Source: a bacterium
GTDB taxonomy: Bacteria > Bacillota > DTU030 > JBMNJR01
DNA: 64,000 bases
Direction: 5' to 3'
Assembly (NCBI GenBank): GCA_050951765.1
Contig: JBMNJR010000003.1
Location: forward strand, 195,148-259,147
Below are positions 20,637 through 29,349 of the stretch, one piece after another. The position numbers were made by a program, and so were the translations under genes. The notes under the pieces were generated by a model. The model worked only from the letters and a program-made list of their open reading frames with translations. It ran no database searches and was not told the origin of the DNA. The stretch's first letter is position 1. Each line of letters opens with the position of its first letter.

Positions 20637-22550
20637 CTAAGCCTTATGCTCGATCTCCTCTAACAACATTTCCCGGAAGCGGTCAAACTCCATGCCCCCC
20701 AAATCCCCTGCAGAACGACTGCGAACAGAAACAGAGCCTTCTTCAACTTCCCGGTCACCGACAATCAACATATACGGTATTTTCTCCAATTGAGCCTCGC
20801 GAATCTTATATCCGATCTTTTCATTGCGGTAATCTGCCTCAACCCGGACACCGCTTGCTTTCAGTCTTTCCGCAACACTTTTGGCGTAATCTTGATGCCT
20901 GTCCGTCAGTGGCAAAACCTTCACTTGTACCGGAGATAACCAGGTAGGGAAGGCGCCGGCATAATGTTCGATTAAAATCCCAATAAACCGTTCGATACTG
21001 CCTAAACAGGTACGGTGAATCATTACCGGCCGGTGCTTTTCACCGTCTTCCCCTGTATACTCCAAATCAAACAGCTCCGGCATTAACATATCCAGCTGAA
21101 TTGTACCGCACTGCCAGGTACGACCGATACAATCTTTCAGATGAAAGTCAATCTTAGGGCCGTAAAAAGCGCCGTCCCCTTCATTAACCTTATATTCTAT
21201 CCCTTTTTCTTCCAATACTTCTCGCAGGGCTTGGGTGGCCATTTCCCAGATTGCATCGTCTCCCATAGCATTCTCAGGTTTTGTACTCAGCTCCACATTG
21301 TATTCAAAACCAAAAACCTTGTAAAGATAATCGGTTAATTCTATTACCCCAATTATTTCCGACTTAATTTGTTCAGGAAGCATAAAGATATGGGCATCAT
21401 CTTGGGTAAAGCTCCGCACCCGCATTAAGCCATGGAGCACTCCGGAAAGCTCATGTCTATGCACCAGGCCCAGCTCCGCCGCCCTTATGGGCAACTCTCG
21501 GTAACTGTGGGGTTTTGTCTTATATATCAACATGCCCCCGGGGCAGTTCATCGGTTTAACGGCATACTGTTCCGCGTCAATCTCAGTAAAGTACATGTTT
21601 TCTTTGTAATGATCCCAGTGCCCGGACCGCTTCCACAAATCACCATGAAGAATAATCGGAGTCTTAATCTCCTGATATCCCCACCTGTCATGCACTTCCC
21701 GCCAGAAACTTTCCAATTGATTGCGCAAAATCATTCCTTTAGCATGGAAGAAAGGAAAACCCGGTCCCTCCTCATGGATACTAAACAGATCCAGCTCCTT
21801 GCCCAATTTACGGTGATCCCGTTTTGCTGCTTCTTCCAACATGGTGAGGTATGCTTGTAGTTGCTTCTTCTCCGGAAAAGAGGTTCCATAAATCCGCTGG
21901 AGCATTGCCCTATTTTCGTCGCCCCGCCAATAGGCACCGGCCACACTGGTCAATTTAACCGCTTTAATCTTACCTGTGGAAGGTACATGGGGTCCGGCAC
22001 AAAGGTCAATAAAGTCTCCCTGTTTGTAAAGGCTAACCGGCACATCAGGAGCTAAATCCTCAATCAATTCTACCTTATATTCCTCGCCCATGCGGGCGAA
22101 ATAGTCCAATGCCGCTTCCCGTTCCACCTCCTCTTTGACAAAGGGCAGGTCGGCTGCAATTATCTTTTCCATTTCAGCTTCAATTTTTGCCAAATCTTCC
22201 GGGGAAAAGGGTTCCAGCGTATCAAAATCGTAATAGAAACCGTTTTCTATAGCAGGACCAATAGCCAGTTTTACCCCAGGGTAGAGCTTCTGCACTGCCT
22301 GGGCCATAATGTGAGAGGTACTATGACGAAATACCCGCCGTCCTTCCTCAGAAGAAAAGGTAAGTATTTCCACATCACAGTTTTCAGTTAGGGGCGTATT
22401 CAAATCCACCACCTGACCATTAACTTTGGCAGCCAATGCCTCCCGATAAAGGGTTGCGCTGATATTCTTCGCTACTTCGGCTGCTGTGATTCCCGACGGA
22501 TATGCAACCTGCGATCCGTCCGGAAGAGTGAGCAAAATTTTGTTATCCAT
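20637..22550 (-). CDS. thrS: threonine--tRNA ligase
   Basis: 637-aa ORF with an N-terminal TGS domain, a second additional domain, class II core motifs and an anticodon-binding C-terminus. A Thr T-box lies upstream. Confidence 0.97.
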   Translation of the reverse strand: MDNKILLTLPDGSQVAYPSGITAAEVAKNISATLYREALAAKVNGQVVDLNTPLTENCDVEILTFSSEEGRRVFRHSTSHIMAQAVQKLYPGVKLAIGPAIENGFYYDFDTLEPFSPEDLAKIEAEMEKIIAADLPFVKEEVEREAALDYFARMGEEYKVELIEDLAPDVPVSLYKQGDFIDLCAGPHVPSTGKIKAVKLTSVAGAYWRGDENRAMLQRIYGTSFPEKKQLQAYLTMLEEAAKRDHRKLGKELDLFSIHEEGPGFPFFHAKGMILRNQLESFWREVHDRWGYQEIKTPIILHGDLWKRSGHWDHYKENMYFTEIDAEQYAVKPMNCPGGMLIYKTKPHSYRELPIRAAELGLVHRHELSGVLHGLMRVRSFTQDDAHIFMLPEQIKSEIIGVIELTDYLYKVFGFEYNVELSTKPENAMGDDAIWEMATQALREVLEEKGIEYKVNEGDGAFYGPKIDFHLKDCIGRTWQCGTIQLDMLMPELFDLEYTGEDGEKHRPVMIHRTCLGSIERFIGILIEHYAGAFPTWLSPVQVKVLPLTDRHQDYAKSVAERLKASGVRVEADYRNEKIGYKIREAQLEKIPYMLIVGDREVEEGSVSVRSRSAGDLGGMEFDRFREMLLEEIEHKA

Positions 22551-22589
22551 CAGTCATACTTCCTCCTTTTTGATCATCATATAACCAAA

Positions 22590-22845
22590 TAACACAAAAC
22601 CCCGCTCCCAATAATAGGGACGGGGTTAACCGCGGTTCCACCCTAGTTGGCCAGCATCATGCTTGCCCACTTGGTTTATCAGTAACGGGGACTACCGTAC
22701 CGGTCTACTAATTTCAACCGGTCATTCTTGGGTGGTTTTCAACCGTCCAACACCTGAAGATGCTTGCAGCCGTCGACATCTCCTCTCTCAAGGCAGACTA
22801 CGGTTTACTTTTCCCAATCATCATTTTTTCCACGTATCTTAATCA
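22590..22845 (-). promoter_or_regulatory. T-box leader (Thr specifier ACC) with terminator
   Basis: The minus strand carries the T-box core CCAACTAGGGTGGAACCGCGG (22650-22631) and the terminator CCCCGTCCC..GGGAGCGGGG plus TTTTGTGTTATTT. GAAA-ACC-A has ACC at 22736-22734. Confidence 0.85.
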
Positions 22846-22851
22846 GCATTT

Positions 22852-22881
22852 ATTATACCCCTTTTTGTCAGCAATTGTCAA
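22852..22881 (-). promoter_or_regulatory. consensus sigma-A promoter of thrS
   Basis: Minus strand has TTGACA (22881-22876), an 18-nt spacer and TATAAT (22857-22852). Confidence 0.7.
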
Positions 22882-22888
22882 GGGATTG

Positions 22889-22899
22889 GGGCAACTGAG
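22889..22899 (+). repeat. left copy of an 11-bp direct repeat GGGCAACTGAG
   Basis: Identical to 24662-24672. The flanking bases differ on both sides. Confidence 0.9.
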
Positions 22900-24661
22900 G
22901 GTCGCGTCAAGATACTATGGGTTGTAAGGAAAAAAGTATTCCCTCATCGATCCCTATCTTCGTTGCTGTCACTAGCGTCCCTGATATTGACCGTTTGAAG
23001 ACTACGTAAACAGCGAAACATCCGAACCACTTTTACCCCTCTTTAAAATGGGTATGTTGCCGAACTGGTTTCGTGTAGATGCGGTAAGCGTACGCTCGGC
23101 TCATAATTTCCCGGTCCAACTCTGACCTTCCATGCTATCACTTTGAACTGCCGCCTTTATCTCCTGAATAAATGCTATCGTACTATCGTTCCCGCCACTT
23201 GCTACATAAACGCTCGTAGTTCCTGGCCATCTGGTCGCACGCCCGTTCTTGGCTCCAGCCCATGGGGCGGCTTGAGCTTAACCTAGCTCGACAGAGATAT
23301 GGCTCACATGACCTTCTGTACAGCTGCAGCCAGCATAATCTGCATCGATACTGACGCATTACTACTGCATCCCAGTTCCCAAGTATGGTTACATATCTAT
23401 GGCATTCCTGCACAGTATCTTCTCTCTGTCTCAGAGGCACTGCCAGCCTTTTGGTATAGGCCTTTGATGATTGCTCTAAAGAGCTCTCTTTAATCTAGCC
23501 GTGTCTCCGACAGTGCTGTAGTCCCACATAGCAGTTGCTGTAGTCTATCCCGGTGATGCGCTCGTAGCAGTGCGTGACGTGCTTTGATTCAGGTGGTAAC
23601 GGTCCAGTACATAGATGCTTCCTGTTGGGAAGCCAGCCTAGGCCCTTCTTTTATCCAGGCCGCCCCATCACCATGAAAGATAGATCTTGTTCTATCGTCA
23701 TCGGCATATCATAGGCCTCATCTATATCCAGTCTGCCGCCTCTACCCATAGGTCATCACTGTCTTGCATACCACTCCACTGACATACCTGTACTGGGTAT
23801 TGATAGCTAACTGCCGCGTCTTTCCTAACTGTCCTTTCTAGCCCTTCGTGGATGCATATACAAGCGGTACTATGGCTCTATAAAACCGCCATCCTGCAGT
23901 GGCTGCATGGTCTTCATCTGCATTCTATGTATAAGTACCGATGCCTGCCGTTTTATCGGTGGGCTAGATCTCTACTGCATCATTGTCTACACTACCAAGC
24001 GTCACGCTATACTGTTCATTCACTGTCTGTGCCTGCTTAGGCTTACTGCCCTTCGTAGACGCTATTTACTCCGCTTTTGCCGTAGCGCAGTATATCACGA
24101 GCTACATTCTATCAGCCTTTGCCTGTAGTGACAGCGGTGGCTAGCTCGTATCGTATGGGCTGCTATCCCTACTGCCTCATCCGATAGGTAGACTATGCTC
24201 ACCTGTTCCTTTGATTCATGAAAATAGGTCCTGCTGAATACCTGATCTGCTCCAAACTGTCGTCGCGAGGGTCTTCTCAGCCGCTTTATCTTTCCTACTG
24301 CTCCAGTACAATTCCGTCTTACGATCTTCTGCTGTGCTTTATCATGCATGATCTATGGATTTGTCCAAGGCTCCTGCCACGTACGCTTACTCCAATCTCT
24401 ACTCTGCAATTATCGGCCTTCTTCGTAGCAAGAATAACTTCGCAGTATCTCGCTATCGTTTCCCGTCCATCACCTTCAATAGAACATTCTGCATACCCCC
24501 CATATGAAATTTTGCACAGATTTCCTAGTAGAATTAGTATCCAACGAGAGTATCTCCTCCTCTGTGGTAATGTGTGGTGATGGCAACTTACATGATACCA
24601 CAGAGGAGAGACTCTGATCTCTTAGTTTCTGGTTTTTCCCCACAAGTAATTTTACACTAAC
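22900..24661. other. 1,762-bp ORF-free, insertion-like segment (non-autonomous mobile element, long non-coding RNA locus or artefact; nature unresolved)
   Basis: Bounded by the 11-bp direct repeat. The inner ends match as inverted repeats at 13 of 22 positions. No ORF exceeds 120 aa in six frames, and the ORF products are not protein-like. Every other part of the window is densely coding. Confidence 0.5.
24557..24608. other. strong hairpin near the right end of the ORF-free segment
   Basis: CTCCTCTGTGGTA (24557-24569) pairs perfectly with TACCACAGAGGAG (24596-24608). An inner ATGT/ACAT extension leaves a 16-nt loop GTGGTGATGGCAACTT. On the minus strand the 3' arm contains GGAGGAG, 9 nt before a TTG that opens a 22-codon ORF. 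Confidence 0.8.
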
Positions 24662-24672
24662 GGGCAACTGAG
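24662..24672 (+). repeat. right copy of the 11-bp direct repeat GGGCAACTGAG
   Basis: Identical to 22889-22899. It lies 7 nt from the TAG stop (24682-24680) of the DUF445 gene. Confidence 0.9.
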
Positions 24673-24679
24673 ACTACCC

Positions 24680-25279
24680 CTAAGACAATATTAAAATGAT
24701 TACCGCTTGCAACAAGCCGATCATGAATCCCAATATACCACCTAACACTTCAATATGCTTCAGCTCTGATCCTGCAACATTGATCACCATATTTTCAAGT
24801 TCATTCAAATCAATGGCTAATAGCTTTGCCTCCACCAATTGGCTAATAGACAGCTGTGCTTCCAATTGTTCCTCTACCCCGGCCAAAACTTGATTAAAGG
24901 CTGCTTCAGCTTCCCTTTGAACAAATCCCTGCAATGAACCGAACAAAATTCCCCGTATATTCCCCGGGAGAAAAAATGGAACCCTGTTTTCGACCCGTTC
25001 AGCTACCACAGCCGCAATATTTTTCAACATCCCCCCGCGCAACTCCGGTTTATTCAAGTGCGCCAGCAAGTCACTAGTGGAGAAGAGTTCCTTTTCTACC
25101 GTTTCGCCAATGGTACGGGCTAATTCCGCTTGGCGTTTAGGGAGAAGCCCTTGAATTTCCCACCCTATTAAAGGTACCCGCCAAGGAGAATGGGGGTAAA
25201 AAAGCAGCCGAATGGCAATACGGTTTGTCACCCAGCCGATTAGAGCGCCAATTGTCGGCATGATTAATAATTCTAACAT
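24680..25279 (-). CDS. DUF445 family membrane protein
   Basis: 199-aa ORF. The N-terminal GALIGWVTNRIAIRLLFYP motif and C-terminal TM helix are typical of DUF445. Confidence 0.7.
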   Translation of the reverse strand: MLELLIMPTIGALIGWVTNRIAIRLLFYPHSPWRVPLIGWEIQGLLPKRQAELARTIGETVEKELFSTSDLLAHLNKPELRGGMLKNIAAVVAERVENRVPFFLPGNIRGILFGSLQGFVQREAEAAFNQVLAGVEEQLEAQLSISQLVEAKLLAIDLNELENMVINVAGSELKHIEVLGGILGFMIGLLQAVIILILS

Positions 25280-25503
25280 TGTTTTTTTCCTTCTTTATGT
25301 GTTTCTTTTTCTCTTATCATAGCAAAGCAATGCAAAAAGGACAAGAAAAAAGCCGGATTACCGGCTGCAATAGCACACTCTTTCTGCCGACTGATGATGA
25401 TCGCCATACTTAAAGTTCAAGATAGTGGCGCCACTGTTTGCGAAGGTGGCAGATAAATATCCTACGACCAAAATAATACCGCATTAACTATTCTATAACT
25501 GGA

Positions 25504-26469
25504 TTACCGGGTATTAACCCCGTCAGGGTTGGGTTGTTGCGCATCAACTCCCTGTTCTGTACAGAGTTTACAGCCAGGACAGAACACCAGCCGTTCTTCA
25601 AAAACTTTTTTAATGGTTTCAATAACCTCCTGTTGCATATTCATGTTGCACCGATGTAGATAAACACGTTCCGGAGCGAGGCTGATCAAAGCACTAATCA
25701 GAAGATCCTCATAGTTAATATCTGTACCGGATATATCCAACACTAAATCAGCCAGTTCCTCCGTTGTCATTGCTTCGCCATTAGTATCCATTAATTTGAA
25801 AGTACCTTCTGCAGCCAGTAAGACATGAATATCCTTTTGCTTGGGCTCTTGAATGTCTACAAAGTAGCGCAGCAGCCGAATAAACTCCTTATATTCCCGT
25901 TCTAACATAAAATCATCTACTGCCCGATCCACAACATCTTGCAACTCTTCCAAGTAATCCTTGAGACGAAACCGAATAAACCCGTCCAATACGATTTCGG
26001 TATTAGTTTCCAGATAATCAATCAGCTTAAATAGTACTTTACTCTTGCGGTGCACACGGTGTAAAAGGTGAATACCGCCTTTACCTTCACTGTTGAGATT
26101 TCGCTGGGCTGCCTCCAGAATTTTTTCTTGTTCCTCCTGGGTAAAATAACTATAATGTTGCTTAATTATATCGGCCAGAAGAACTTTTTCCCACTGAGAA
26201 ATTATGATTTCAGCCAGAGCATTGGCGACAAAATTGGCAAAAAGCCTTTTCCCTTCACTTAAGGAAAAGATTGCCTTTTTCCCCTGCTTTAATTTACAGT
26301 TGAGAAAAACTAGATTGCCCCGCGGCTCTTCCATGATTTCAACCATAATTCCTTCCTGCTGGAGATAACCGAATTCTTGGTGCAATTGAGCCCGTATAGC
26401 AGGGAGATGACTGGTAGCACCAATATTGATCGCTGTTTCCGCCACTGCTATCACTCCTTTCCCCTGCAA
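25504..26469 (-). CDS. ytxC: YtxC-like sporulation protein
   Basis: Length and position immediately upstream of thrS match Bacillus and Clostridia. The internal pattern (LVLDGFIRFRLKDY...EYKEFIRLLRYF) is typical of the YtxC family. The exact start is uncertain. Confidence 0.65.
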   Translation of the reverse strand: MQGKGVIAVAETAINIGATSHLPAIRAQLHQEFGYLQQEGIMVEIMEEPRGNLVFLNCKLKQGKKAIFSLSEGKRLFANFVANALAEIIISQWEKVLLADIIKQHYSYFTQEEQEKILEAAQRNLNSEGKGGIHLLHRVHRKSKVLFKLIDYLETNTEIVLDGFIRFRLKDYLEELQDVVDRAVDDFMLEREYKEFIRLLRYFVDIQEPKQKDIHVLLAAEGTFKLMDTNGEAMTTEELADLVLDISGTDINYEDLLISALISLAPERVYLHRCNMNMQQEVIETIKKVFEERLVFCPGCKLCTEQGVDAQQPNPDGVNTR

Positions 26470-26528
26470 TAACTATTATATGTGGAGTGATCAATGGGTA
26501 TACAGTGGGGAACAGGCAATATTTACCC

Positions 26529-26567
26529 GGAAAATACACCCCGGCACTTATAATAAGTGCCGGGGTG
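26529..26567 (-). terminator. Rho-independent terminator after the transaldolase gene
   Basis: A 13-bp stem CACCCCGGCACTT/AAGTGCCGGGGTG is followed on the minus strand by TATTTTCC. Confidence 0.65.
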
Positions 26568-26605
26568 GAAGACTTAGATATATACCTTGCAATATATGGA
26601 TGCCA

Positions 26606-27817
26606 TTACTTTATGCCTATAGCTTTATGCTGCCGACTGTGAACAAATTCCTCAAAGTCGTTCATTGCTTTGTTAAACTGATTTTTAGTAAAAATCGTTG
26701 CTGGCAGATTAATAAAATCTTCCGGTTGCACGCCATTTTCCTGATATCCTGCCCGGAAATAAGGGAGCATCAACAGTTTTTCCAATACTTCATTGGGAAT
26801 CGGTTTTTCGATGTGGGGCGCAAAATCTCTATCTTTATACAACAAAAGAATGCTTTCAATAAAGTTTTGACTCATAGTATAAACAACATTGCCGCCGGCT
26901 GCTTCTTCCACATGCAAGATCTGTTGTTTGCCATCAATCACCGGGCCTACCCGGGTGGAAGCCAGCAACAGCTTACTAAGATACTCCCGCTCCCGAAGTA
27001 GCTGATAAGCCTTTTTCATAATGGCAATTCCGCACCAGCGCTTTAATTCTTCCGTAAGTTCAAATCCCGCTTCCTGTGCCTGTTTGGCCAGTTCCTCCCG
27101 TTCCTCATAGCGGGCTAACATGATCGTGATCACTGAACGCCAGCGGCTGTAATCAACACCATATTTTAGGCCGATTTCCCTACCTGCCTTTACCGCTTCT
27201 GCCACAGCCAATACCTGAGGTACAGTGAAGACCACAGTTGCGTTAGTGGGAACACCCATGGCTGTAAGCAAAAATATGGCTAATATCCCCGGCTCAGTGC
27301 CCGGCACCTTAACCATTATATTCGGTGAGAGCGCTTTCAATTCTAAGCCCTGCCGTACCATCATCCGGGTATCTTCCAACACTCTCGGATCAACCTGCGC
27401 CGATACAAAACCTTCTCTTGCTCCGGATTGTTCAAAAAGAGGAAGATACATACCGGCACCGATCCTGGAAATTTCTTTATAGATTTGCCATCCAACTTCC
27501 CCGGCAGTCAACTTCGGATAGGCGGCAATCTCTTCATCGACCCGCGGCGCCCAACTTGCGGCCAAAATATCAATCGCCTTTTTAGTGATTATTGGATTGG
27601 TAGTACAGCCCCGGAATAAGGATTTAGCCGGATCATTTTCTACATATAAACGCTTGACTTGCGGCTCCAACCATTTCCGCACTTGGGGTTCCTGACGGGC
27701 TAGAAAATCTTTCTGCCAATGGTCAAACACCAAAGGAGAAGCATCCCACCAAATCTCCATCCCCGGACTAACTGCTACCAATTTTTCCAGTCCACTCATT
27801 TTTTGCTCAGCCATCAT
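26606..27817 (-). CDS. transaldolase family protein (long form)
   Basis: Has the GCTTNP motif and the active-site region NIMVKVPGT. The start is set at ATG 27817 (MMAEQKMSG) after GGGAGGA. Confidence 0.75.
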   Translation of the reverse strand: MMAEQKMSGLEKLVAVSPGMEIWWDASPLVFDHWQKDFLARQEPQVRKWLEPQVKRLYVENDPAKSLFRGCTTNPIITKKAIDILAASWAPRVDEEIAAYPKLTAGEVGWQIYKEISRIGAGMYLPLFEQSGAREGFVSAQVDPRVLEDTRMMVRQGLELKALSPNIMVKVPGTEPGILAIFLLTAMGVPTNATVVFTVPQVLAVAEAVKAGREIGLKYGVDYSRWRSVITIMLARYEEREELAKQAQEAGFELTEELKRWCGIAIMKKAYQLLREREYLSKLLLASTRVGPVIDGKQQILHVEEAAGGNVVYTMSQNFIESILLLYKDRDFAPHIEKPIPNEVLEKLLMLPYFRAGYQENGVQPEDFINLPATIFTKNQFNKAMNDFEEFVHSRQHKAIGIK

Positions 27818-27846
27818 GATATCCTCCCATTTTACGATTTCAATAA

Positions 27847-28494
27847 TTATGCATAGTAGCAAAATAAATCTGTCAACTGCTCAATTATAATATCAGCACC
27901 ACTTGCAGCCAACTCATGCCGTGGGCGTAGGCCATAAGCAGCACCGCAGGTCATGATTCCGGCATTTTTCCCCGCTTCAATGTCAATGGGACTGTCACCA
28001 ATCATAACTGCTGTATTCTTCTTGGCGCCTACCGCCTGCAACACTTTTTCTATAGGTTCCGGATGTGGTTTGGAGTTTTTTACTAAATCAGGGCCTAAAA
28101 CAGCGGCAAAGTATGAGCTTATGCCAAAATGGCGTAAAATCTTCATTGTGATCGGTGTGATTTTATTTGTAACTATACACAGCTTTTTGGCCTGATAATA
28201 TGCCAGCACTTCTCTGACATTAGGATACAGTGTAGTATACTCAGTGCAATGTCCAGCATATATTTCGAGAAAAACCGGTAGAAAACGCTCATTAAGTTCC
28301 CTGCTATTGACTCCCAATGCCTCCTGCACAAGGGCAGCTGCCCCACCGCCCACATAGCCGGCAACAACTTCGGCAGGTAATGGGGGATAGTCTAACTTAC
28401 GAAGGGTATAATTAAGTGCATTGATAATATCCTGTCGCGAATCAACTAGCGTTCCGTCAAAATCAAAAATCAATGTCTCCACTATTTTAACCAT
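27847..28494 (-). CDS. HAD-superfamily hydrolase (phosphoglycolate-phosphatase-like)
   Basis: HAD motif I FDFDGTLVDS, motif II VTNK and motif IV GDSPIDI. The start is set at ATG 28494 (MVKIVETL). The upstream 46 codons of the track ORF lack support. Confidence 0.8.
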   Translation of the reverse strand: MVKIVETLIFDFDGTLVDSRQDIINALNYTLRKLDYPPLPAEVVAGYVGGGAAALVQEALGVNSRELNERFLPVFLEIYAGHCTEYTTLYPNVREVLAYYQAKKLCIVTNKITPITMKILRHFGISSYFAAVLGPDLVKNSKPHPEPIEKVLQAVGAKKNTAVMIGDSPIDIEAGKNAGIMTCGAAYGLRPRHELAASGADIIIEQLTDLFCYYA

Positions 28495-28712
28495 ATCTCC
28501 ACTCACCTCTGAAAATCCAATCCCTTTTAAGATTGTACCATTATTCCCCTCCGAGATATCCCATACAAGGGAATCGCCACGGAAAATACCACATGAATAA
28601 ATCCCCGTGGCAGGGGAAGTGAGCATTGGCATTAAAGAGGATATTTCGCGACATAACGGTATAACTCCTGCTGCGAAAGAGAATTAGCAAAAAAAGCACC
28701 CAGTAGTATTAT

Positions 28713-29090
28713 CTAGTGCTCGTCTAACAAATTTTCATTTTTTTGCGGTGGCAAAACATATTTCAATACCAAACCGCTTTTCTGCCGATCAATTGTAGCC
28801 AGTTTGCTCTCCGCAAGATACAATCGATTGTCTTCTGTTAGGCAAACAATATTGTTATTAAATAAAAGCTGCACTGCCTGGGGTTTGTAATCGGGTTTTT
28901 TGAACAATCGATCCAGAGCGGTCTGGGGAATAATCCCCAACTCTTGCACTGTCTTGGCAGTATCAATTGTCAATGCATCTTTTGCGCGGAAAATTTTGAT
29001 CACTTGTCTAACTGCTTTTCGCATCAGAAAAAAGGGGATTGCAAAGGCGACCGCTACTAATAAAACCGCCAGAATAATTGAAATAAGCAT
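28713..29090 (-). CDS. hypothetical membrane-anchored protein
   Basis: 125-aa ORF with a single N-terminal TM helix (ISIILAVLLVAVAFAIPFFL). No family recognised. Confidence 0.5.
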   Translation of the reverse strand: MLISIILAVLLVAVAFAIPFFLMRKAVRQVIKIFRAKDALTIDTAKTVQELGIIPQTALDRLFKKPDYKPQAVQLLFNNNIVCLTEDNRLYLAESKLATIDRQKSGLVLKYVLPPQKNENLLDEH

Positions 29091-29130
29091 AATATCAACC
29101 TCACATTAATAATTTTTCAATCATTCCCTA

Positions 29131-29169
29131 TGAAAAAGGGTTCCGAGACATCAAATTGTCTCGGAACCC
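29131..29169 (-). terminator. Rho-independent terminator after tRNA-Val
   Basis: A 13-bp stem GGGTTCCGAGACA/TGTCTCGGAACCC is followed on the minus strand by TTTTTCA. Confidence 0.75.
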
Positions 29170-29178
29170 TTAAGCTTC

Positions 29179-29253
29179 TGGTGGGTCCGAGAGGATTTGA
29201 ACCTCTGGCCCCCTGCGCGTCAAGCAGGTGCTCTCCCCCTGAGCTACGAACCC
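29179..29253 (-). tRNA. tRNA-Val (anticodon GAC), CCA encoded
   Basis: Minus strand reads GGGTTCGTAGCTCAGGGGGAGAGCACCTGCTTGACGCGCAGGGGGCCAGAGGTTCAAATCCTCTCGGACCCACCA. I folded it by hand into a cloverleaf with a 7-bp acceptor (one G-U), a TTCAAAT T-loop and anticodon loop TTGACGC. Confidence 0.9.
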
Positions 29254-29349
29254 ATAATCTCGGTGCCCCCTAAGGACAATCTTATTATACCAAAAGGGGA
29301 GAACTTGTCAAGAGCTTGAAAACTTGTGAAATATTCGGTCTGATAATAG

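Noticed and set aside
24582-24588. The GGCAACT heptamer in the hairpin loop, identical to the core of the flanking direct repeat, read as evidence for RNA-guided targeting.
   Set aside because: A given 7-mer is expected about 8 times by chance in 64 kb on both strands, and the same word also occurs at about 43674. I kept it as a note inside a finding but not as evidence of a guide mechanism.
22900-24661. The ORF-free segment as a group II intron, rRNA fragment, CRISPR array, or a known large RNA (OLE, GOLLD or ROOL).
   Set aside because: Neither strand has a GUGYG 5' end or an AY 3' end, and there is no reverse-transcriptase ORF. There are no regularly spaced repeats and no resemblance to rRNA that I can see. 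The segment is much longer than the known large ncRNA classes. I cannot recall their consensus well enough to exclude an embedded copy, so only a covariance-model search can settle this.
23183-24667. Seven ORFs of 62-120 aa inside the 22.9-24.7 kb segment (23183-23440, 23299-23493, 23852-24040, 23907-24128, 24095-24349, 24218-24580, 24476-24667), considered as possible genes.
   Set aside because: Their number and lengths are about what random sequence of this size gives. They overlap one another in different frames. Most lack a convincing RBS, and their products are dominated by R/C/W/S/L with no recognisable motif. I do not call any of them coding.
26426-27001. Long antisense ORFs inside well-supported genes. 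Examples are 26426-27001 (191 aa), 32478-33071 (197 aa), 42664-43254 (196 aa), 3378-3854 (158 aa), 14851-15333 (160 aa) and 30359-30832 (157 aa).
   Set aside because: They lie opposite strongly supported genes, have low-complexity or S/R/P-rich products and no RBS. These are typical shadow ORFs.
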